A stretch of DNA of 42,656 nt from an uncultured Gammaproteobacteria bacterium (GTDB lineage Bacteria > Cyanobacteriota > Vampirovibrionia > LMEP-6097). The notes beneath the pieces were generated by a model. That model had not been told where the DNA came from, ran no database searches, and worked only from the letters and a program-made list of their open reading frames with translations. Shown piece by piece: positions 9,191 through 17,180 of this stretch (position 1 is its first letter; every line of letters begins with the position of its first letter). The DNA lies in contig CAYQSL010000001.1 in NCBI GenBank assembly GCA_964420165.1, forward strand, positions 1 to 42,656, in the 5' to 3' direction. Both the position numbers and the translations under genes were made by a program.

Positions 9191-9248
9191 ATATATTCTA
9201 ACTAAGTTTTGAGATGTTTGCCTAAAAACCCTTATAATTAATTACAAG

Positions 9249-9623
9249 GTGCTTAGAGTTGGCTCATTGATTGCTTTACAAGTTCTATATTTTGGTGGAC
9301 TACTTGCTAGTGCTAATCAATGTCGAGAGTATGGCAATACTATCAATTGTGGTAATAAAGAAATTTATCGAAAAGTTGGTAATAGGATTTTTGGACCGAA
9401 TGGATCTCAATATCTAATTCAAGGCAACCGTATTTCTAAGCTTGGTACTAAAACAACCTATCTGAAAATTGATAATAAGATCTTTCGTAATGATGGAACT
9501 TCTTATACAAGACAAGGAAGTTATATACGTAGTAATAAAGGTGAGCAGTATGTGAAGCAAGGAAGTCAGGTCTCAAGTATTAGTAAGCAAGATCCTATTG
9601 TTGATTTCTTTTTGAATCATTGA
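9249..9623 (+). CDS. Small secreted protein with internal GN(R/K)I(F/S)...G(S/T).Y..QG repeats, unknown function
   Basis: ORF track (GTG start). It has a hydrophobic N-terminus, and the peptide motif is reiterated 3-4 times. Confidence 0.45.
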   Translation: MLRVGSLIALQVLYFGGLLASANQCREYGNTINCGNKEIYRKVGNRIFGPNGSQYLIQGNRISKLGTKTTYLKIDNKIFRNDGTSYTRQGSYIRSNKGEQYVKQGSQVSSISKQDPIVDFFLNH

Positions 9624-9632
9624 AACTATCTT

Positions 9633-9651
9633 TCAGTAATTTATTTTTACC
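9633..9651. repeat. 19-bp direct repeat copy 1 (TCAGTAATTTATTTTTACC)
   Basis: Exact match to 9793-9811. Lies just after the stop of 9249..9623. Confidence 0.8.
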
Positions 9652-9792
9652 TTGTATTGAAGAAAGGAAAACAAAAAAGGCAAAAAATCTCTCTTCTGTA
9701 GAAAATCAATAAAATTTCTGGCGTGAAAAATCAAAAAAAAGCCAAAAAAAGATTATTTTAAAGACATTGATAAATATAGGCTTTTTACCCTA

Positions 9793-9811
9793 TCAGTAAT
9801 TTATTTTTACC
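9793..9811. repeat. 19-bp direct repeat copy 2 (TCAGTAATTTATTTTTACC)
   Basis: Exact match to 9633-9651. Lies just before the STAND-like ORF. The two copies enclose 141 bp of A-rich sequence. Confidence 0.8.
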
Positions 9812-9879
9812 CAGAGTTGTTAAAAGTAGTGACAGAATTAGAAAAAATATTAGTTATTTTAGGAATATACCAACTGATT

Positions 9880-12800
9880 ATGAATGCAAAGAAACTGAAA
9901 AAATTTGAAGATAAAAATTTTTGGCAAAAATACAATAAAGCAATTCTAGCTAACTTCAATGGTCGCTTTAACCCAGATATAGATTTTCATACAACTACAG
10001 ACATACAGATTCAAGATCTTGCTGGTATAGAAAATGCCTCTAAGTTGAATAAAAAAAATTATAAATTAGAGCAAATGATGGAATCTACAAAAGATTTTTA
10101 TTTAAAATTTTTCAAAGAAAAAACAATAGAAGATTTATATTCATCAAATAGTAGAAAAGCACAAATAAAATATTCTAATACCAAGGCTATTGTTGAATCT
10201 CTGTTTAAATTAACGAATCAAATTATCAATCATGATAAAGATTTAGTCGAAAATCTTGAGCTAATTTTAGAACAAATCGATACTTTAGAAAAAAATATAT
10301 TAGAGTTACAAAGAAAATTTTCCGAAAATCAATATGATAGGAAACATATAAGAGAATTCAGCTCAAGTCTAAGTGAGCTTAAATTATTTTCAAACAACCA
10401 ATTATTGAAAAGAAACCAATTTTTTTTGCTAAAAGGCAAAGGAGGAACTGGTAAAACACACTGTTTCTTATCAGTTTTTTGTAAATTAATCAATGAAAAT
10501 TTGCCTAGTATATTTATTACTGGCAATGAATTTGATTTATCATCAACTATAAAGAATTTAAACAAAAATTTAAAAGAACATCAATATAGATCCTTAGAAA
10601 CTTTACTTAAAGATTTTGAAAATGCTATTCCTGAGAATAAAATTAGTTGTATATTTATTGACGCAGTCAATGAAGAGTTTGTAGCTGGTGTATGGAATAA
10701 ACATTTAGTCAATTTTATTAATTTACTTAAACAATTCCCTAAAATCAAACTATTAATTAGTCTTAGGGATGGGTATGAAGCACAAATTACAAATAAATTA
10801 AAAGATCAATTTAAACAAATTGATCATAATGGATTTCTATTAGAGACAGAGAATGTAGTTAGATATTTTTTTGATATTTATAAAATACCTTTACCAGAAG
10901 TTCCTCTTATGGGTACGGAGTTTTCTAATCCCTTATATTTGAAACTTTATTGTGAAACCTATTTCACAAGAGAACAAACAACAGGTTCGCTTACCTTTAC
11001 TTGGTTATTAGAACAATATATAAAAGTTCATGTATGGAATTCTATCTATAAAAAATATTTCAATGGGATTAAGAATCTCTCTGGAAGTAAAATACTTTGG
11101 AATACTATTACGAAGGAAATTGCTGAAAAAATGATTGAAACAAAAAGTAGGTTTGTATCAATAAATTTTTACAATAAAATATTTAAAAGTCTTGATTTGC
11201 CTAACTCTCTAACCTCGGAGGCTCTATTAATAGATTTAATAAATTTCAATATCCTTTCTTTACAGTTTCGTATAAGCAATACAGGCAAAAAAATTCGTTA
11301 TATTACTTTTGCATACGATAATTTAACCAACCATTTACTGGCTAGATATATATTTACTAAGTACAATAAAAAATCAAAATCAAGTAGGCGAAAAAAAGCA
11401 CAATTAAAGATTTTCGGTATCCAAATTGAAAAAAGTATTGGAACATTCGGTCTTTCACTTGCAGAAGCTATAGCAGTCAAATTGGGTGATAGCCGTGATA
11501 AGAAAGAAATTTTTGATTATTGTAAATCAACAGATCAAATTTTATTATGCCAAGCCTTTTTAAATAGCTTGCCACTGAGAGAAAATAATGAAAAATCATT
11601 TGACCAGATTAAAAAAAGTCCCAAAAGGCTTCATAGATTTATAATCAAGCTTTTAAAATTGGATTATTACGATATCAAAGAAAGCTTAGCTAAAAATCTT
11701 TTTTATATTTTACTCAAATATAATCATCCATTAAGTTTTCAAAAATTTTTAAATAATTTTCTACTTGCTAGAAAAATGTATAAAAGAGATTTCTTTTTAC
11801 AATATCTATTTAAAAGTTCTTACAATCAGAATTTATTTAATGGATTATTCAATTGGACAATTAAGTCTATTCCAGGAAGGCAAGATGATGGTAAAGAGCT
11901 TCAGCCCATTGTTGATTTACTTGTATGGATCCAATCTTCACCACAAAGATATTTAAGAGATAAGGCTTCTAAGTTATTAACTTTAATATTCTCCAAGTAT
12001 CCATATTTTGCGGAATATTGTTTTGATACTTACAATAACATTGATGATCTTTATATTCTTGAGAGACTATATGCTTCTTATTACTCAGCATACTTATTAT
12101 CAACAAAAAAAATGGATTTTTATGCCTTACATAACAAGATCCTTGAATTTATTAGGAATCAAGGCTTCCCCGTCCATCTACAAACTACTATTTCAATAAT
12201 CTCATTATTTAAAGAATCATCAATAGATCCTCAATTTATAAACAAATTAATCCAGGATAAATTTTTTACTACCTCAAAAATAGATTTGCAATTTGATAAA
12301 AATTTTATTAATCAATTCATTGAAAAAGAAACTAAAAATAATTCAGAATTTGGATCAATAGTAACATCCTTAAGTGATTTCTCTGGTGACTTTTATATCT
12401 ATGAATTAAGATCTCATCTCGCTGATTGGAAAAATATAAAAAATACATCCCATAAGAAACTAACAAACGAAATTAATGAATTTATACAAGATTTGAATTT
12501 TAATCAAAAAGAATTTCTTGAAAAACACATAGACAATGATCTATATTCAACTATAAAAAAGTTTAATAAATTGGAATCAAATCCGCTTCAGAATTGGTCT
12601 GAAGATCTTCTTGTAAAGATAAAGAATGAAAGTCCAGATTTATTCAATATGTGGCAAAGTCACATTAAACGAACAAAAGAAGATACTGAAGGATTAGAGC
12701 AATTTAAAATTTTCTTTGGAAGCTTATCAATTCATAAACAAAATACATTAACTAAAATTAGCAACAAAATTAATGCATATAAAAAAGCCGAAACCGTTAT

Positions 12801-14076
12801 TTCAACTGAAAATGCAAAATATTGGATGCTACATAAGATTATTAAAATGGGCTGGAATGATAATTTACACAGTGATTATGAATCTAATTGTTCATATACA
12901 GGAAGAGGAAATCATAAAGAAGAAAGAATTGGCAAGAAATATCAATGGATTGCATTAAATAGTCTTATCTTTGAAATTGGGCGACGATATATTTTAAAAG
13001 AAAGATATGGAGAAAATTTTAGGTCTTATGATCATCACTCTTTATTTGAAACTTGGGAAATTAGAGGATTCAAGGATATTGATCTAACATTTAACTTTGT
13101 ACATGAATCTACTTACTGTGAAGCCAAAATAGAACATTGGAAAGAACAAATTAACAAACCAATGCCCTTAGTCTCTAATAATGAATGGCTTAAATCAAAA
13201 GAATTACCAGAATTGAAGGATTTTGTTTTAATCAGGGAAAGTCAAGACCAAGAATGGATATCGCTTTCTGGATATTTCCCAATTGTAGAAAGCAATGTCA
13301 ATATATTTAGTGATGATCAAATAAGAGTCAAAGATTTTATGTATTTGACCCATTCTTGCATTATAGATAGATTAGATTTAGAACAATTTATTGAACTAAG
13401 TAGAGAACGTCATTTTTGGAATAAATGGTTTCCTGATAAAGTAGAATTATCCAGTAGCTTAGATTTAGGAGAGTATTACTATTCGAAATTCAGTCAATCA
13501 AAGCATAAAGGTTTTAATTACCCTGATATAGATACTATTAAAGATGAAAAAATTCCAAGCAGCTTTATTTTTACTACTACAGAAATTTCACAAGATTATA
13601 ATTCATTAGACTGTTCTTTTGATAAATCAATAAATATCCAATTACCAAGCCCTTGGCTTATTGAACAATTGTCTTTAGAACATAAGTTTTTTGATTCTCG
13701 TTTCTATAATTCACAGAATAAATTAGTGACATTTGATCCATTAATTTGGAAGTTTTCTGATTATACTGGTCTTTTAATTGACAGGAATGAGTTGGTGAAA
13801 CTGTTAGATAAAATGGATAAAACTCTAATTTGGATAATTACTGCTGAGAAAAGATTGAAAAACTTAGCACGTATTGATGGAGATTTTCATGGATGCAACC
13901 AAATCAGTATATTGGGATGGTTAGATGATCATTTTAATTTTAATCAAGAAGTAAAATTTGATTACCTTCAGCCACGCATAGAAAAGCGTCCTCGAATAAA
14001 AGGATTGAAGAGTGAAAGCAAAAAATCCTCAAGTTTTAAATTTATTATTAGGAGCAGGGTTTTCAAAGTCACTTAG
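9880..14076 (+). CDS. Large NACHT/STAND-like P-loop NTPase (~1,398 aa) with long unrecognised C-terminal region
   Basis: The ORF track gives 9817 (TTG). I prefer the in-frame ATG at 9880 (MNAKKLKKF). Motifs are Walker A GKGGTGKT (10435-10458), Walker B-like CIFIDAVNEE (10648-10677), then KLLISLRD. More than 1,000 aa follow with no motif I recognise. Confidence 0.7.
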   Translation: MNAKKLKKFEDKNFWQKYNKAILANFNGRFNPDIDFHTTTDIQIQDLAGIENASKLNKKNYKLEQMMESTKDFYLKFFKEKTIEDLYSSNSRKAQIKYSNTKAIVESLFKLTNQIINHDKDLVENLELILEQIDTLEKNILELQRKFSENQYDRKHIREFSSSLSELKLFSNNQLLKRNQFFLLKGKGGTGKTHCFLSVFCKLINENLPSIFITGNEFDLSSTIKNLNKNLKEHQYRSLETLLKDFENAIPENKISCIFIDAVNEEFVAGVWNKHLVNFINLLKQFPKIKLLISLRDGYEAQITNKLKDQFKQIDHNGFLLETENVVRYFFDIYKIPLPEVPLMGTEFSNPLYLKLYCETYFTREQTTGSLTFTWLLEQYIKVHVWNSIYKKYFNGIKNLSGSKILWNTITKEIAEKMIETKSRFVSINFYNKIFKSLDLPNSLTSEALLIDLINFNILSLQFRISNTGKKIRYITFAYDNLTNHLLARYIFTKYNKKSKSSRRKKAQLKIFGIQIEKSIGTFGLSLAEAIAVKLGDSRDKKEIFDYCKSTDQILLCQAFLNSLPLRENNEKSFDQIKKSPKRLHRFIIKLLKLDYYDIKESLAKNLFYILLKYNHPLSFQKFLNNFLLARKMYKRDFFLQYLFKSSYNQNLFNGLFNWTIKSIPGRQDDGKELQPIVDLLVWIQSSPQRYLRDKASKLLTLIFSKYPYFAEYCFDTYNNIDDLYILERLYASYYSAYLLSTKKMDFYALHNKILEFIRNQGFPVHLQTTISIISLFKESSIDPQFINKLIQDKFFTTSKIDLQFDKNFINQFIEKETKNNSEFGSIVTSLSDFSGDFYIYELRSHLADWKNIKNTSHKKLTNEINEFIQDLNFNQKEFLEKHIDNDLYSTIKKFNKLESNPLQNWSEDLLVKIKNESPDLFNMWQSHIKRTKEDTEGLEQFKIFFGSLSIHKQNTLTKISNKINAYKKAETVISTENAKYWMLHKIIKMGWNDNLHSDYESNCSYTGRGNHKEERIGKKYQWIALNSLIFEIGRRYILKERYGENFRSYDHHSLFETWEIRGFKDIDLTFNFVHESTYCEAKIEHWKEQINKPMPLVSNNEWLKSKELPELKDFVLIRESQDQEWISLSGYFPIVESNVNIFSDDQIRVKDFMYLTHSCIIDRLDLEQFIELSRERHFWNKWFPDKVELSSSLDLGEYYYSKFSQSKHKGFNYPDIDTIKDEKIPSSFIFTTTEISQDYNSLDCSFDKSINIQLPSPWLIEQLSLEHKFFDSRFYNSQNKLVTFDPLIWKFSDYTGLLIDRNELVKLLDKMDKTLIWIITAEKRLKNLARIDGDFHGCNQISILGWLDDHFNFNQEVKFDYLQPRIEKRPRIKGLKSESKKSSSFKFIIRSRVFKVT

Positions 14077-15271
14077 CAATTATCCCGCTGGATCAGAAAT
14101 TTCTAATAAAATTTATGATTATTTACTTACAGAAAGAATAGAAAATAAAGTAGCTTTCTCACTACTTGATCAAGTTAGAGAAAGTACTATTGAATATTCT
14201 ACAAAGGATTGTGAGATTTTTAAGAATCCAGAATTTAACTATCAGAATTTTTTATTTAAACCACTATCTTTCATTGAATCAGAGCTTGAAAAACATGATT
14301 ATAATGAGAAAGAAAAAAAAGACTTTTTGGATTTTCATTGTAATCAAATAAAAAAGACTTTTAATTATGAAAACATTTCTAGTGAATTAATAAATTTTCT
14401 TTATACTTCTTATCGCTGTAAAAATAAATTTAAAGAATTAAATGAAATTAGTGTCTTATCCAAAAAAATATTTAAATATATTTTCTCATTACTTTTTAAC
14501 GAACTTGGATCTACAAAAGAAGTTAATGATAGAAAAAAGAATAGACAATTAAGATTTCAAATGATGATTAAAGATCTTCTTGAAAAAGGATACGAGATTA
14601 ATATTTTTGATTTAAATCATGATTGTTTGTTTGAAAATCTATGCTTGCAAGATAACTACTTGAAAGGATATTACAATGACTTTTTTTCAGAACCATCGCC
14701 TGAAACATTTATTCCAGAGAGCTTAAAACATACTAATACCAGAGTATTGAATAGTAATTCAAGAAATTTAATTAACCATTATAAACTTCATGGTTCATTC
14801 TCCATCTTTAATTTAAATACAAAAAGTAGTTATATGGCATATAAAATAAAAAATATCAAAAAAGAGGAATTCTATATTAAAGAAATTTATCGAAGTCTTG
14901 AACAAACTCATCTTCCTTATGTTCCTTTAAACACAATTTTGTTCAACAGTTTATTTAAGACAAGTGATATTTATTCATCTCCCTATTTGTCTTTTTGTTT
15001 TAATCAATTTTCGAAAGTCTTAGATTCTCTTTTGGCGATTGGTTATAGCAAAAATGATATTCATGTTAACAGCACAATATTATGGAACTATAAAGTTCAA
15101 TTAAAGGAATTCGAATTTGAGAATAAGAATATACTTTTATTAGGTACACCAGAAAATCATAAAAGTCTTCTTAAATGTTTCCAGAATCAAAGTAAAGGCA
15201 ATTATATAACTGATACCTGTTACTTTGAAATTTTTTTAGCACGATATGTTAGTGACTATTTTAATATCTGA
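14012..15271 (+). CDS. SIR2-like (SIR2_2/ThsA-type) putative NADase
   Basis: GTG start with AAAGGA 7 nt upstream. Motifs are LLLGAGFS (14042-14065), IFDLNHD (Asn 14615-14617) and YKLHGS (His 14789-14791). It overlaps the preceding ORF by 65 nt in the +1 frame. Confidence 0.7.
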   Translation: MKAKNPQVLNLLLGAGFSKSLSNYPAGSEISNKIYDYLLTERIENKVAFSLLDQVRESTIEYSTKDCEIFKNPEFNYQNFLFKPLSFIESELEKHDYNEKEKKDFLDFHCNQIKKTFNYENISSELINFLYTSYRCKNKFKELNEISVLSKKIFKYIFSLLFNELGSTKEVNDRKKNRQLRFQMMIKDLLEKGYEINIFDLNHDCLFENLCLQDNYLKGYYNDFFSEPSPETFIPESLKHTNTRVLNSNSRNLINHYKLHGSFSIFNLNTKSSYMAYKIKNIKKEEFYIKEIYRSLEQTHLPYVPLNTILFNSLFKTSDIYSSPYLSFCFNQFSKVLDSLLAIGYSKNDIHVNSTILWNYKVQLKEFEFENKNILLLGTPENHKSLLKCFQNQSKGNYITDTCYFEIFLARYVSDYFNI

Positions 15272-16212
15272 AGAATTTTAGCCGCTTCTTCAACCAACAA
15301 TAAATAATTTTCAATATTTTCACTAAGTATCTTTGTTTGTCGATGAATATAATTATTTCTATCTTTAATCAAATTCTTAATGGTTTTTATTTTAGTAGCA
15401 TATTGTGTATGATTTAGAAGATTAGCAGATTTGATGATACTGACTAAAACTACATTTTTTTTGTATAAATTACCAGTTTTTTTCAAAATCTTTTTTTTCC
15501 ATTTTTCATTTATAGTAATATTCTTCTTGTCTATTGAATCCATAATTTTATAAGTTATTGCTTCAAGCGCAATAACAAGATTCGTTAAACATTCAAATTT
15601 ATGTCCTTCTTGATTTAATCTATATGCACTCATAAGAAAAATATCTTCTATTTCCAAAGAATTCTTTAAGAGCAAACTGCGAATAATGTTTTTTTCATCA
15701 TCGGAACGCTCTGGCAGTAAGGTAGACAAACAACCATTGCTACCCAAATTAAAATGAACTACGCCACGAACTTTTGTATTTTCATTACTGACTGTAACTC
15801 TTGCAGTAGGTAATGCTCCACGAGTAGTCAACTGTCGAATTGCATATCTCTTTGTAACAAAACGATATACGTCTAAAAATTTATTACAAGAATTCTTTAT
15901 TACTTCCCAATTATTATCTAAGATTTCATCTTCTTGAATATCTGGTGAAATTGCAATAGAAAGATATACTTTTGTAAATCGAAATGCAGCTTCAGAGTCC
16001 GTAGCTATTTCGCAATTTTCACCCCTTCCAAATCTATGATCTTCAGGTTGTCTAATATCTTCAAAAGTAATGACAATTTTAGAAATAGAACCATCATCGT
16101 TTAAATAATCAAAATCAAATTTTGTATCAGATGATAGATGTAAGCAACAATCCAATGTAAAAGAAATTGTTGCATAGTCTTTGCCTAATATACTTTTAAG
16201 ATCTTCATCCAC
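15256..16212 (-). CDS. Hypothetical protein with C-terminal HEPN-like helical domain (Rx4H)
   Basis: ORF track. The C-terminal ~130 aa are helical and contain KDRNNYIHRQ (R-x4-H encoded at 15343-15360). It converges on, and overlaps by 16 nt, the SIR2-like ORF. Confidence 0.5.
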   Translation of the reverse strand: MDEDLKSILGKDYATISFTLDCCLHLSSDTKFDFDYLNDDGSISKIVITFEDIRQPEDHRFGRGENCEIATDSEAAFRFTKVYLSIAISPDIQEDEILDNNWEVIKNSCNKFLDVYRFVTKRYAIRQLTTRGALPTARVTVSNENTKVRGVVHFNLGSNGCLSTLLPERSDDEKNIIRSLLLKNSLEIEDIFLMSAYRLNQEGHKFECLTNLVIALEAITYKIMDSIDKKNITINEKWKKKILKKTGNLYKKNVVLVSIIKSANLLNHTQYATKIKTIKNLIKDRNNYIHRQTKILSENIENYLLLVEEAAKILQILK

Positions 16213-16322
16213 TCATATCGAGGATATCATATACATTATGAGTTTTACTTTTAACGTTATTTCCGTAAAAAGTATAATTAAAAATCTTCGAAATACAATT
16301 AATCAATACTAGAAATTAAGAT

Positions 16323-17174
16323 ATGGAAAAAATATATTTAATAATACCTAAATCCGAAGTTGAAAATAAATTAAAAGAACGGATCGCAAAAGGGAAAGAA
16401 CTTATAAACTCATTTACACAAGTTAATAATGAAAAAAATTTCGAAACCTTTGAATCAAAAGTAGCAAATTGGAGAGACTATAATTGTGAATATTTAACTC
16501 AAGCTTTTAGTAATGATGATTTATCTTTTGAATCACATGCCAATATAGGAAGTTATTCTCGTTATGATGCACCACTGTATATTAGACAGCAAGAATTACT
16601 GGATAGAATGAATGGCTATATTAGTAAACTCGAATCAATTTTAGAACGAGTTGAAATTATCCCTGAACATGAAAATATTAAAACTAATAAGATAGATAGT
16701 CATTCTACAATTAGTAAAAATATTTTTGTTGTTCATGGACACGATAGGATTATTCTTAATAAAATAAAATCTTTTTTAGAGTTAATAAATCATCCTCCGA
16801 TTATTTTGGACGAACAGGTTAATAGTAGTAAAACAATCATAGAGAAAATTGAATCTTACTCGAATGTTGGCTATGCAATTGTCATAATGAGCCCAGATGA
16901 TTTAGGTATTGCAAAAAAAGATCTCAATCTTATTCCTGAAGATCAACCTGAATCTAGACTTAAAGCGCTGGAGAATAGAGCAAGGCAAAACGTTGTACTA
17001 GAATTAGGATTTTTTATGGGCAAATTAGGCCGAGAGAATATAGCAATTCTTTACCCAGAAAAATTAGAAATAATGACAGATATACATGGTGTTTTATATA
17101 TTCCTATTACAGAAGACAATAGCTGGCAAGTAAAATTAAAATCAGAGATTGACCATGCTTTTAAGAAACTTTAG
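16323..17174 (+). CDS. TIR-like domain protein of the CAP12/PycTIR type with N-terminal helical domain
   Basis: The C-terminal half reads IFVVHGHD...VGYAIVIMSPDDLG...ARQNVVLELGFFMGKLGRENIAILY. This is the signature I associate with the 'predicted nucleotide-binding protein containing TIR-like domain' family. A TATAAT lies at 16273-16278. Confidence 0.6.
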   Translation: MEKIYLIIPKSEVENKLKERIAKGKELINSFTQVNNEKNFETFESKVANWRDYNCEYLTQAFSNDDLSFESHANIGSYSRYDAPLYIRQQELLDRMNGYISKLESILERVEIIPEHENIKTNKIDSHSTISKNIFVVHGHDRIILNKIKSFLELINHPPIILDEQVNSSKTIIEKIESYSNVGYAIVIMSPDDLGIAKKDLNLIPEDQPESRLKALENRARQNVVLELGFFMGKLGRENIAILYPEKLEIMTDIHGVLYIPITEDNSWQVKLKSEIDHAFKKL

Positions 17175-17180
17175 ATTAAA

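Noticed and set aside
9817-9879. TTG start at 9817 for the STAND-like ORF, as given in the ORF track
   Set aside because: The first 21 codons are hydrophobic filler that overlaps the 19-bp repeat region. The in-frame ATG at 9880 is the more plausible start. The choice is uncertain either way.
14012-17174. Classical Thoeris (ThsA SIR2 + ThsB TIR)
   Set aside because: The SIR2-like protein has no evident SLOG-type C-terminal domain. The TIR-like protein is of the CAP12/PycTIR type rather than ThsB-like. The two genes are separated by an opposite-strand gene, and the SIR2 gene is instead coupled to the upstream NTPase.
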